Virus record (IMG/VR): IMGVR_UViG_3300042275_000518
Coordinates: 96,001-160,000 of that record
Direction: 5' to 3' (one strand)
Length of the DNA: 64,000 nucleotides
Origin: a virus
Lineage: Duplodnaviria; Caudoviricetes
A program made the translations under genes and the position numbers. Below are positions 28,982 through 39,776 of the stretch, in pieces. The number at the start of each line of letters is the position of its first letter. Position 1 is the first letter of the stretch. Under the pieces are notes generated by a model that searched no databases, was not told the DNA's origin, and saw only the letters and a list, made by a program, of their open reading frames with translations.

Positions 28982-29563
28982 TTACTGTAACTTTCTTAAT
29001 AATTTGTAAGATGGAAAATCATCTAAATTATAGTGATCTTCAATACTAAATGTATATTCTCTTTCTGCTTTTTCAATATCCACAGCAATTTCTGTAAGAT
29101 ATTCATCTGTTAACATTCTGAAACCAGTATGCGTAATGACATCTGTAATTGCCATAAGATATTTATCATAGTCGTCTTCTTTCATTGTTTCTAAAACAAT
29201 CACAAAGCTTTCAAAAGAAAGTTTTCTATGATTCTTATTAAAATTTTGGTGTGGTGAAGCAAAAGTAGAACTCATTAAACCATCCCAAGTAACACCATTA
29301 TACTGCAAGTATGTTGATGATGTTGATGTGGTAAGAGGAATTGTAACATAATTACTACTGTTACTGCTTATAGTATCTGTCAGTTCTGTTAAACTTTCTA
29401 ATAGTTCATCTGCTAATACGTCATTATCTCCATCAGTATCTCCAAAATTACTTAGTTTATTCTTCTCCGGCCACATCGACGTCTTCATCCTCTTCAAGAA
29501 CAAGTTCTTGTTCGATTTCTTTAAGAACTGCAACCTTACTTGATTCTGGTAATTGTTCACCAA
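28982..29563 (-). CDS. Hypothetical protein (true start uncertain, likely near 29480)
   Basis: ORF overlapping recA 3' end; S/T-rich segment. Confidence 0.55.
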   Translation of the reverse strand: MVNNYQNQVRLQFLKKSNKNLFLKRMKTSMWPEKNKLSNFGDTDGDNDVLADELLESLTELTDTISSNSSNYVTIPLTTSTSSTYLQYNGVTWDGLMSSTFASPHQNFNKNHRKLSFESFVIVLETMKEDDYDKYLMAITDVITHTGFRMLTDEYLTEIAVDIEKAEREYTFSIEDHYNLDDFPSYKLLRKLQ

Positions 29564-32500
29564 GAACAGAATCTGCTAATGCATAGTAATGATTGCGGAA
29601 TTCTTCATTTGTTTCTATCATTTCTTTAAGTGTAGATAATCTGAAACTTGGGTCATCTAAGCCTTCTAAACGATAAGCAACAGGACTACCTTTGATAAGT
29701 TTATTACTATTTAATAAGTCATAAATAGAAAGGTCATTATCAAAACCTTCTGTTTGATTGTAAACCATTTTAGCTGATGAACCAGCTGGTGCTGTTCTTG
29801 ATTTAATTAATTCAACGCTAACTTCATAACCTTTAATTTGATATTTCTTAGACTCATCAAGTTTTGAACCTGGATCAAGTTTAATTAAAGTGTTTGTTAG
29901 ATATTGGATTGCGTTACCCATATTTTAATTTTGTTCAGTTAAGCTCGCTAAACTTAACTCGCTTTCGCAGCTCATACTTTCATATGAGATCAGACTATAT
30001 CTTCATCCTATTATTCTAATAGGAGCTTTCCGTTTCCACTCGCTTGAGTGTACTCTACTCCTCCCAATTTTATATCTTTGAGATTTTCGATAGTCGTTGA
30101 ACTTTCTAAAATTTTAATTAATTTATCTATCCTCATGGTTGTTAAATTCTTAATTTCTAGAAAATTATAACCTTTAGATAGTGCCTTCTCTTTTTTTGTT
30201 TTATCTACAAGTCGTCTGTGTTTTAAATCATCATCTGTCATATTTCATTTCTTTTTATAGTGTTGTTGTCCGTGCAATTCTAATATTAAATTAAATTTAG
30301 GTATATAAAAATCAAAAGGTCTTGATTTCAGATATTCATCGGTATCGATCTTGAAATTAAATATACTTTCTATTTTAATATTATTTTGAAAATATTTTTC
30401 TGGCCTAGACATATTTTCATATTTAGAACACTCCGGACATCCTTGAAAATTATATTTATGTTTTCCTGGTAATATTTCAAAATCACCATGTATTGGACAC
30501 GTTACTATAATTTTTTTATTCATATTAATATACTCTGTTTTAGAATAGTCATATTTATTTTCGAATATATTATTACAAATATTAGTGAATTTATTTTTTT
30601 CTAACAGATTTCTTTTAATATTATCTTTTTGTGTGTTTTCCATACCACATTTTTCACAACCACCATGTATAGTTGCAAAAAGATGATTGTTTGGTGTTAC
30701 TAAAAATTCACCATGTTTTATACAATTTATTCTTACTTTTTTCTTATTATGTTCATAAACTGTATTTTCATATGTAAATCTTTTACTAAATTTTTCTTTA
30801 GACTTGTTTATAAAACTTTCAGTTGTAACTTTAATCGGCATAATATGCACCTCCTATAAATTATTGTTTATAGTACTGAGTTGCATTTCTTAAAATTTTA
30901 GCTTAGCTGCTGATTGTCTTCGTCATTACACGGTCAGAGTTTCCAGCAATTAGAAAAGTGATTATTCCCAGGCAGTTACGCAATAGTTTACCAGGGATTG
31001 TTTCCATTTATGTTCAGTTAAGTTCGCTAATCTTAACCCGCTTTCGCAGCTCATATTTTCATATGAGATCAGACTATATCATCATCTTTTTATAAAGATG
31101 TCTTGCGCTTCCACTCGCCTGAGTGTACTTCCTTTCGGAATAGTCGTTGAACGTTCCTCTTAATTGAGGCTTCGCTGCTGATTGTCTTCGTCATTACACG
31201 GTCAGAGTTTCCAGCAATTCACAAGATTTTACAATATATAATTTCTTATATATGGGACAAAATTTATCCTGTTTCAAATAGTTGATATTCGCCTTTGTTG
31301 GGAATATACTTGTTGAAACTTTTTGATTAATGTGGTTGATAAAGATAACAATAATATTTGCTTCTTTACATGGTTGTACTAATCTTTTCATTCATTATGT
31401 TCAATTAAGCTCGCTAGACTCAACCCGCTTTCGCAGCTCATACTTTCATATGAGATCAGACTATATCTTCATCCAATTTATATATTGGAGCTCCTTGTTT
31501 CCACTCGCTTGAGTGTACTCTACTCACTTCCATCTTTCGATGTGTTTTCGATAGTCGTTGAACTTATATTATTTCATAATATAAGCTGCTGATTGTCCTC
31601 GTCTTTACGTTAGGAGTTTCCAGCAATTAAAGAAGTTTCCTATTGTATATTACTATACAATGAGCCAATCACTTAGCTGTGTGTTTGCTTTTGCTGCCGT
31701 TGTCTTTCATGTTACGAATGTTCGTTAAACATTCTCTATATATTTCTATATAGAACAGACTATATCATCATGTTAAAACTATTTAACATGCCTTGCGCTT
31801 CGAACTCACTTGAGTCCTACTCTACTCAGTTATTCATTCAGATTAAGTTCTGAATTATCTTTTCGATAGTCGTTGAACGTTCCTCTTACTTAGTAGAGGC
31901 TTCGCTGCTGATTGTCTTCACCATTATGTGGTCAGAGTTTCCAGCAATTCACAAGGTTTTCTATTTAATAACAATAATAATTTATTATTAAAAAGGGCCT
32001 ACATTTTTAAGCCGACATTTGTCCAGACATTTCATCTGAAAACATATCATCTCTTGGCATCATCATTGCTGCAGAGTCAACTATCATAATAGTTGGCGGT
32101 AGCATTGTTTTTAATTGTCCAGTTTTATGGTCGATAAATCCCTCTTTGTTTTCAATTGTAAGTTCTTTCTTATACTTCAATTTAAGAGTTTTAATTTGCT
32201 TAACCATTTCTAAGACAGTTTCGGTTGCAATACCTGTTTGTTTTACTGTAACCTTTTCATCATACTCTTCATCCGTTAGGCCTGTTACGGCTTTAATACG
32301 TGCTTCACCATGTGATTGCTCAAAGTCTAATATAAACAAAGAACTTTGTTCATATCTCTTTAAGATATTTCCAGCGATTTGAAGAGCCATTGTTGATTTA
32401 CCTGAACCTGGTTTTCCGATAATTGTGACAACTTTTCCAGCGTCAATACCAAGATTAAGATTGTGTCTGCCACGATTACCGTTTAAGTAATCTAAAATTG

Positions 32501-32594
32501 GCAAACCAGTTTTAATCATCATTTGGTCATCGGCATAACCGAATTTAGGATCATCAATGATTTCTTTTAATTCTCCTATAAAATTTTTTCCCAC
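29457..32594 (-). CDS. recA: RecA/UvsX-like recombinase; exons 32010-32594, 31675-31703, 31266-31392, 30990-31004, 29457-29918 (405 aa)
   Basis: Walker A GKPGSGKS, IVDS, FINHI; spliced product reads MSA|TTAAKANTQL|MKRL...KQD|ETIPG|GNAIQY. Confidence 0.88.
29919..30989 (-). mobile_element. Group I intron 4 of recA with endonuclease ORF
   Basis: Conserved core motifs, U/G junctions. Confidence 0.88.
30011..30850 (-). CDS. Intron-encoded endonuclease (CPIHG repeats + DUF559/Vsr-like); UGA at 30245 read as Trp
   Basis: FDFYIP...ELHGQQHYKKK(W)NMTDD continues in frame into the 30011-30241 ORF. Confidence 0.82.
31005..31265 (-). mobile_element. Group I intron 3 of recA
   Basis: Core motifs; GAT|AAAT...AATG|GAA junctions. 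Confidence 0.88.
31393..31674 (-). mobile_element. Group I intron 2 of recA
   Basis: Core motifs; CT|AAGT...AATG|A junctions. Confidence 0.85.
31704..32009 (-). mobile_element. Group I intron 1 of recA
   Basis: Core motifs; GCT|TAAA...AAAG|ACA junctions. Confidence 0.87.
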
Positions 32595-32689
32595 TGTGTT
32601 TCCTCCTCTAGTAATAATATTATGTTTCGGGATATTTAAAGCTTTCAATTCTGAGTTATATGCTACAACCATTACATCAACTCAAGGTT

Positions 32690-32699
32690 ATAATATATT
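32690..32699 (-). promoter_or_regulatory. Putative early promoter TATATTAT (also near 730, 12910, 28895, 34186, 39720, 45022, 48973, 58076, 61049)
   Basis: Recurrent TATATTAT upstream of minus-strand gene blocks; resembles phiKZ/AR9 early promoters. Confidence 0.55.
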
Positions 32700-32721
32700 A
32701 TTATAAAAAAATATGAAAATG

Positions 32722-32733
32722 AACAATTATTTA
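32722..32733 (+). promoter_or_regulatory. Late promoter AACA-N6-TA (representative of >=15 sites)
   Basis: AACAATTATTTA here; also near 33313, 34237, 45058, 46214, 61653, 62197 (+) and 1460, 5560, 11210, 15060, 16595, 25440, 30865, 39475, 60110, 61620 (-). Confidence 0.75.
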
Positions 32734-32758
32734 TAATGAATATAAAACTAGGAGTGAT

Positions 32759-33109
32759 ATGATGGAAACTACAACTGTTATTTATATACTTGGAAAATTA
32801 GGTTATACAACTGACGTATGGTCAGGTTATAACGACATTCCTTTACTTACAATGCTACAAGATACAAATCTTCTTATTCATCCTGAATATATGAGAATAA
32901 AATTTAATACAACTCAGGAAATAATTGAAATTGTATATGGAAAACAAACTGAAACTGGATTTATATCTCATGATGGTTCAACTACAAATTATGAACCTGA
33001 TAGTTTTATTCCTTTTTCTGAAGTTTGTGCAATAATTACTTCTGTATATAGATCTCCTTATGGAACTTATTATACAAAATTTTTTGGAAGTAAAGATAAA
33101 ATGCAATAA
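32759..33109 (+). CDS. Late hypothetical protein, paralog of the 46252-48529 family
   Basis: METTTVIYIL...RIKFNTTQEIIEI pattern. Confidence 0.7.
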   Translation: MMETTTVIYILGKLGYTTDVWSGYNDIPLLTMLQDTNLLIHPEYMRIKFNTTQEIIEIVYGKQTETGFISHDGSTTNYEPDSFIPFSEVCAIITSVYRSPYGTYYTKFFGSKDKMQ

Positions 33110-33339
33110 TAAATTAAGAATACTTTTTTAGTATTCTTTTATTTTATTTATTAATTTATAATAATAATTAATATATAATATAAATTATTATAATATTATT
33201 ATTTTATTATAATATTTATAATAATATATTCGAATTCCCCCTTATTATTAATTATTTGTTTTTCAGATATATAAACTTTTAAATTCTCAAAAATAAAAGT
33301 TAAAAATTAAATAACAAAACATTATATCCACAAAGGAGG

Positions 33340-33675
33340 ATGAAAATTATGTTTGAATCGATTTATGAAATTCTTATTATTATATCATTATTACTAGGTA
33401 TTGTAGGTACAGTTGCAGGATGGTTTAAGTCTGAAAAAGCTAAAAAGATTGCAAAGAGTACAAATTATGTTAAAGACCAAGTTGAAAAATTTGTATTAGT
33501 TGCTGAGAATCTTCAAGGTATGACAGGTCCTGAAAAGAAAAAATATGTTATGCAGGCTGTAGCTGAAAAAGCACAATCAATGGGTTACAATGTAAAAGCA
33601 GAAGAAATTGACAAAACTATTGAGAATGTTATTAACATTACAAAACGAGTAAACGTAAAAAAAGAAGAAGAATAA
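33340..33675 (+). CDS. Holin-like membrane protein (LLH-like)
   Basis: N-terminal TM then AE...GPEKKKYV...EEIDKTIENVI. Confidence 0.6.
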   Translation: MKIMFESIYEILIIISLLLGIVGTVAGWFKSEKAKKIAKSTNYVKDQVEKFVLVAENLQGMTGPEKKKYVMQAVAEKAQSMGYNVKAEEIDKTIENVINITKRVNVKKEEE

Positions 33676-33701
33676 AAAAAAAAGAATGATGAGGAAACTC
33701 A

Positions 33702-34142
33702 TCATTTCTTTTTATAAAGAGACATTAATTGTGGTCCTCTTCGACCATTAATTTCAACAAATTCAGTTGGAATTAATTCTGGTCTGTGAACACCAGAAAC
33801 ATAGACATTTTCACGTCCACGTTGATCTTTAAGAATTTCAACATTTTTCAAAGAAGATTTTTTTATGATCTTCTTCTCTTTTAAATTAAAGTATCCATTT
33901 TGGACTGGAACTTTAATTTCTTTAAGATTTTTGTCATTACTTCCTAATGAAACAGTTCGCCCATTAGGTAAAACAACATAATCCCAAGCAGGTGGAGATG
34001 TTACACCACCTTTATAAACTAAAAATGTAAGCTTTTGATCTGCGGAAAAGACAACTCTTGAATCTTTTCCATATGTATCAAGCCTCTTCGATTTTTTATC
34101 AAAGATCCCCCATACAACTTGTAATGATAGAGTTTTAGACAT
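33702..34142 (-). CDS. Hypothetical protein
   Basis: 146 aa, GGAGGTG RBS, ends TGATGA before a terminator. Confidence 0.7.
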   Translation of the reverse strand: MSKTLSLQVVWGIFDKKSKRLDTYGKDSRVVFSADQKLTFLVYKGGVTSPPAWDYVVLPNGRTVSLGSNDKNLKEIKVPVQNGYFNLKEKKIIKKSSLKNVEILKDQRGRENVYVSGVHRPELIPTEFVEINGRRGPQLMSLYKKK

Positions 34143-34285
34143 TTAAAACACCTCCATTTTATAATTTATCTTTTACTCCATATTTATAATATATAATTTA
34201 AAAATGATATTTACCATTTTTCTTTTAAAAGAGACTAACAATTATTTATAAACATTAGTTTCACCATTAAATAGGAGGTAAATAA

Positions 34286-35779
34286 ATGAAAATAGTTACA
34301 ACTGATAGTTTTACAAAGAAAATTAAAGAAAAATTTAATACTACATATTCTGTATTGGGAGAGTACAAAGATCAGTATACACCAATAGAGATTAAATGTA
34401 ATAAATGCAATAATATATTTAGTATCACACCAAAATCCTTACTATCTAAAAATAAAGGAACTTGTAGGTATTGCGCTTCTAGAAAAAATACAGATCAGTT
34501 TAAAAAAGAGGTATATGATTTAGTCGAAAATGAGTACACTGTATTAGGAGAATATGAAACAAATAAAACTCCAATACGTATAAGACATAATAAATGTGGT
34601 CATGAATATATGACTACTCCTATAAATTTCTTAGGTCTAAGCAATAGAAAAGGTCGTAGGTGTCCCAAATGTGCAAATAAAAATCAAACAACAGATGATT
34701 TTAAGAAGCGTGTATATAAAATGGTTGAAAATGAGTACACTGTATTAGGAGAATATGAAAACTCAGATACAAAAATTTTAATGAAACATAACACTTGTGG
34801 TCATGAATATAATGTTAGAGCTGGATTATTTTTATATAATAATCGCAGATGTCCTAAATGTTGTCCAGTTCAATATGGTTCTTCATATAAAGAAAAAAAT
34901 CTTCAAAATTTTATTGAAAGCATATATGATGGAGAAATAAAAATGAATGAAAGATTTTACTATGATAGTGAAAACCCAAAAAAATATTATGAATTAGATA
35001 TTTATATTCCTGATATAAAAATAGGAATTGAATTTAATGGTCTAGTATGGCATAGTGATTCTAAAAAAGATAAATATAATATTTTAAATAAGATGAACCA
35101 TTTTAACAATGAGGGTATTAGAGTGATAAATATATTCGAAGATGAATGGGATCAAAAACAGAATATTGTAAAAAATAAAATTCAAAATATTCTAAATGTT
35201 TCTAATCTTGATAGAATATATGCTAGAAATACAGTTATACTAAAAATAAATAACGAACAGAAAAAAGAATTTCTAAATAATTTTCATATTCAAGGTTCTG
35301 ATAATTCAAGTATTAAATATGGGTTATTTTATAAAAATGAGCTAGTCGCTGTGATGACTTTTTCTAGACTGAGGAAAGTGCTAGGAAGTAAACCACAAGA
35401 TAACTATTTTGAATTATCTAGATTTGCAACTTCAAAAAAAGTCGTTGGAGGGTTCAGTAAATTATTAAAAAATATTATAAAAATGCATCCAGAAATTCAT
35501 AATATACGAACATACGCAGATCTTAGATGGAGTTCAAAAGATGTTAATATGTATCAATCTAATGGTTTTGTATTAGATCATATCTCAAAGCCAGGCTATT
35601 TTTATTGCGATAATTTAAACCGATATCACCGTTTTAACTTTAGAAAGAATATATTAGAAGAAAAATTTCCAGAATATTATGATAAAAACCTAACTGAGTT
35701 CCAAATTATGGATAAGACAAATTATTATAGAATTTGGGATTGTGGAAATTTAGTTTACGAAATGAAAATAAAAAGATAA
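34286..35779 (+). CDS. Free-standing homing endonuclease-like protein (3 Zn-ribbon repeats + DUF559-like + YADLRWS domain)
   Basis: ENEYTVLGEY repeats, ELDIYIPD..IGIEFNG..WHS, RIWDCG. Confidence 0.8.
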   Translation: MKIVTTDSFTKKIKEKFNTTYSVLGEYKDQYTPIEIKCNKCNNIFSITPKSLLSKNKGTCRYCASRKNTDQFKKEVYDLVENEYTVLGEYETNKTPIRIRHNKCGHEYMTTPINFLGLSNRKGRRCPKCANKNQTTDDFKKRVYKMVENEYTVLGEYENSDTKILMKHNTCGHEYNVRAGLFLYNNRRCPKCCPVQYGSSYKEKNLQNFIESIYDGEIKMNERFYYDSENPKKYYELDIYIPDIKIGIEFNGLVWHSDSKKDKYNILNKMNHFNNEGIRVINIFEDEWDQKQNIVKNKIQNILNVSNLDRIYARNTVILKINNEQKKEFLNNFHIQGSDNSSIKYGLFYKNELVAVMTFSRLRKVLGSKPQDNYFELSRFATSKKVVGGFSKLLKNIIKMHPEIHNIRTYADLRWSSKDVNMYQSNGFVLDHISKPGYFYCDNLNRYHRFNFRKNILEEKFPEYYDKNLTEFQIMDKTNYYRIWDCGNLVYEMKIKR

Positions 35780-35789
35780 ACCTTTTGGT

Positions 35790-36828
35790 TTATCTTTCTT
35801 TTGTATCTTGTTCCTGCGTATATGCAGTTTTTAAACTACGTGTTATCAGATCTGATTTAATTCCAGAACCTAATAAATATACATTCATCGTGTTAATTGT
35901 AGTTGATCTTGTTAAATCATTTTCTAAACTGTCAAGACTTACATAACCATCTTTTGCAATACTTCTATACATATCCTGCTTAGCAACTTGATTGTCTGCA
36001 CGAGGTCCTAAGAACTCTTTCAAAACAGCATCTGCATTTAATGCGGTCAACATAAAAGTTTCTGGGTCTGATAAAGATGCAACTTTTGATTCACCTTTAA
36101 CAGTACCAGTTTTTAATGTTATATCTTCTGTATCAAACGCATAACGATTTTTCTTAGCCAAGAGTTGCTGTACGCGCTTAATGTGAACATCGTTTTATGT
36201 TTAATCGAATTCGTTATTTCCGATTTGCTTTCGCACTCATATTTTCATATGAGACCAGACTATATCTTCACCCTTTCGGGGTTCCCAGTTTCCATCCACT
36301 TGGATGTACTCTACTTTACTATATTTCAAGCGTTTCGATAGTCGTTGAACGTTCCTCTTAATTGAGGCTTCGCTGCTGATCGCCCAATCTTTCAGATTTT
36401 CAAACCTTCACGATTACCTTTGCAGGTTGCGTTGTGGTTCTGAAAGCTCTAAGGGGTTTCCAGCAATTAAGGGAATTTTAGTTGAGCTAGTATTTCAACC
36501 CAACAGGTACTCTCATTTTAGTCCTTATTCCATCTGGGTCATTATGACGGTACCAAACATATTCTTCTAATGGTATTTTTAGATATTCAGCCGCGCTTTT
36601 AATCTGAGTCATCTTCATTTCTTCAAATGGTAGTTGGAACATTTGAATTGTATCGTCTAATTCATGACCCATACTATTTGCCCATTTTTCAAATTCATCA
36701 TTTGACATTGTTTTAAACATACCTTGATATCTTTTATAGTTTGCCATTTTATCATTATCCATAAGTTTAACAACTTCAAGAACCATGGTTTCTATTTTTT
36801 GTCTCTTCTGAGGTGTAAGTTTTCCCAT
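35790..36828 (-). CDS. RNA polymerase beta C-terminal-like small subunit; exons 36498-36828 and 35790-36190 (243 aa)
   Basis: Spliced VPVGY|VHIKRVQQLLAKKN...LSDPET...LKEFLGPRAD resembles the beta C-terminus. Confidence 0.7.
36191..36497 (-). mobile_element. Group I intron (no ORF)
   Basis: Core motifs; GGGT|TGAA...AACG|AT junctions restore frame. Confidence 0.87.
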
Positions 36829-38150
36829 TAGCTAACACTCCTTGCAAATTTTTTTGCATCTTCTTTAGATTTAAATCGATGAAAAGCTCTGTGAGACCAT
36901 CCATACCAAAGTTGCTCATCTTCACTGAACCCAACCGATACTACATCTGAATCTGGACTACTCGGTTGTAGCTGGGTTAAGTTTCAAACTTTTGTATATT
37001 GTTTTAAGTCTTTATCTAAGCCAATATAATAATTTTCTTTCGTATATCAGCTATAAAAACCTTCTAAACCTTTTTTCTCTGAAGGTTTATAATAATATAT
37101 TTCACCGTTTATGTCAATAGTCTTATTATTTTCTTGAAGCATTTCAGTAGCTAAATAATCTTCAATAGACTTAATCATAGCACCAGCTTTATTTATAGCT
37201 TCTTTAATCTTTTCATTATATTCAAGTCTTTCAATTGCTTTATAAACCATACTATTCATACTATATCTTGGATCTTCATGTTCATACTGTATTGACACTT
37301 TAAAAGGCATTTCTTCATATCCTTCTACCATAAAAGATCTTAAAATATGTTTTCCAATTTTTAAGCGATCAACATCCGCACGAATTTCATTAAGTTTCCC
37401 TGATAAATAATCGCGTTTTTCCTTTTCTGAAAGATCCTGTTTTTTGCTGTCATAGCTCATATAAACTTCAGCTTCCATTATGTCTCTTTCATTTTCAGAT
37501 AAAGCAAGATCAAAACCATCCATGAAAAATTTAGCAAGTTCCATAACATATGAGTATGGTACTTTTGTAGTATTTTTTCCAGCTTTCTTTTCCCAGGTAT
37601 CAGTTAACAAATTGTATATATTTTCAAATCTTTTAGTTTCTGTTGCTTGAGGATCATCTGGAGTACCAACCCAAAAATTGATTGGATGGCTTGTTCCTTC
37701 AAGCATATTTCCATTTGGAAGAGTTTTTCTTAAAGTCCAAATTTCTTTATCTGGATCTTTTAGTTTAACAACTAGATTTATGTCTATATCCGCAGTATTG
37801 TTGAACTGGAAACCTGACATTGAACCAATTAATCTCATATGAACTATTTCAAATTTAAAGTTCAATTGTTTACGCCATTCATCTAATATATTCATAATTT
37901 GTTTTTTAGCTTCAGGTCTCATTTTTTCATTTTTATCGAATAAGTCTTCTGACCGTGTATTTTGTATAGGATCAAATACTGATTCTTTAATTATATCATT
38001 CCTGATTTCTTCAAATAAATTTAGCGACATCCCAGGATAAATTATATTTTTTTCAATTTTTCTTTTAAGGGATTCACTTATAGAAACAAATGAAGCTAAA
38101 TCTTTTGAATCATCATACATCTTTTGTAAAGTTTCTTTTAATGTTTTCAT
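36828..38150 (-). CDS. Nucleotidyltransferase-fold protein; two in-frame UGA (37047, 36984) read as Trp
   Basis: GSMSG....ADIDI Pol-beta motif; read-through adds ...SVGFSEDEQLWYGWSHRA... and ends with a TAATG overlap to the next gene. Confidence 0.75.
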
Positions 38151-38157
38151 AGTTTCA

Positions 38158-39444
38158 CTATCCCTTCTGTATAACAAGAACAAAATAAAAAAATACTGCA
38201 TTTTTTAGTTTTGCCTGTTGTGTCTTTCCAAAATTTAAATATTCTACACTGTAAGCTTTTAAAAATTCTTCTAGCATCTTTTTAACATTTAGCATATTTC
38301 TATCTTTTGTATTAGGACTCTTAAATATTTTTAGTGATGCTGTTAAGAATGTTGGAGTTCTTAAGTCTTTTGCTGAATACTTGGTTCCTGTATGTGAATC
38401 TATATTGAATAAAAAAGATCCAATAATACTCTCGATAAAATCTGGTAGTTGTCTGTATTTGTTATCAACTATTTCAGATACAGTGTTTTTAAGTATATCT
38501 GTATATAGACCTGAATATTTATAACTTCCATATGATTTTGTTTTATCAACGAATCCATATTTAGCAGCAATTTCAATTAATTCTTCATCGATTGGAGATT
38601 TAAGCAATCCACTAACAGCTTTCTTAACCATTTGGTCTTTAACTGCTGCGTCACTTTTAATATCACGAGCAAAATCTTGCCCTTCACTATCATCTGTACC
38701 TTCAAAAGTACTGTCTTCAAATGGAAGATACTTTCCCTTGTTCTTTTGATACTCATTGTATATAGATTTCATGAAACTTGAAATTCTACTTTGAATACCA
38801 GCGGTATAGATAACGTGAATATCTTTATCGCTAATCATATCAGATGTTAAAGTTGGTAAATAGTTTTTAAATGAACTATCAGCCATCTTTTCTAACACAC
38901 CAATAACACTGCCTTGTTTTTTAATATCAAAGCGTTCGGTTAAGTTTTCAATAGTATACATCATTTGATCTTCATTCACACCATATTTAAAATGTCTAAA
39001 AACTACACTTGCATATGGTTTATAAAATGCTGATAAATAAAGCATCTCAGCTTCTTTTTTCTTATTTTGACTATACAACTCGCCACTTGCTAATATTAAT
39101 GGAATAGAAAATATCATCTGATCCATTAATTGAAAGTTTCCAAATTTAGAAAAATATGGAGATTCTTTAATAGCAGCAGTAATTTCTTTTTTATCAATTC
39201 CGAATATTTTAAGTATATTGTCTTGCATATCATCATTAATTAAAAGCTGACGACCAACAATATTTGTTTGTAGAATATTTGAGTTCTTATCTGCAAATTT
39301 AGAAAGTTCTCTCATAAGTGGATTTAAAAAGATGCTTTTCTTAGCAACTGCCTCTTTAACTAATGGCCTAATTTGGTCATTAATCATTGTTGCAGCTTCT
39401 AATTCTTTTTTAGTAAAAGTAGCTTCTTGTAGTATTTCTGCCAT
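38158..39444 (-). CDS. Hypothetical protein (428 aa, late)
   Basis: Long ORF, AGGAG RBS, AACA-N6-TA promoter. Confidence 0.8.
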   Translation of the reverse strand: MAEILQEATFTKKELEAATMINDQIRPLVKEAVAKKSIFLNPLMRELSKFADKNSNILQTNIVGRQLLINDDMQDNILKIFGIDKKEITAAIKESPYFSKFGNFQLMDQMIFSIPLILASGELYSQNKKKEAEMLYLSAFYKPYASVVFRHFKYGVNEDQMMYTIENLTERFDIKKQGSVIGVLEKMADSSFKNYLPTLTSDMISDKDIHVIYTAGIQSRISSFMKSIYNEYQKNKGKYLPFEDSTFEGTDDSEGQDFARDIKSDAAVKDQMVKKAVSGLLKSPIDEELIEIAAKYGFVDKTKSYGSYKYSGLYTDILKNTVSEIVDNKYRQLPDFIESIIGSFLFNIDSHTGTKYSAKDLRTPTFLTASLKIFKSPNTKDRNMLNVKKMLEEFLKAYSVEYLNFGKTQQAKLKNAVFFYFVLVIQKG

Positions 39445-39526
39445 GATATCATCTCCTTAAGTCATATAAATAATTGTTCAGCGTTTAATACGTGATAGAT
39501 AAAAAAAGAAACCCGAAGGCTTCTTC

Positions 39527-39682
39527 TTAGACAAAAATGATTAAAGCAACAATCATTAAGATTGCCAACAATAATCCTAATGGATTGCCTTCTTTTAATG
39601 CACGCACTATACCAGTTATAAACATGATAAGAGCAAACACACTAAATGAAATTATTATCCATAAAATTGCTGTCTCAGTCAT
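39527..39682 (-). CDS. Small membrane protein
   Basis: Two TM segments from ATG 39682, AGGAGG RBS. Confidence 0.65.
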   Translation of the reverse strand: MTETAILWIIISFSVFALIMFITGIVRALKEGNPLGLLLAILMIVALIIFV

Positions 39683-39776
39683 AGTAGATTCCTCCTTTAT
39701 CTTACTATTTTCATATTTATAATATATATCTATAACATACCCAATTTCAAAAAAAAAAAGAAACCAGAGGTTTCTT

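Noticed and set aside
34527-34761. 34-bp direct repeat GAAAATGAGTACACTGTATTAGGAGAATATGAAA
   Set aside because: Explained by tandem Zn-ribbon domain repeats within the endonuclease
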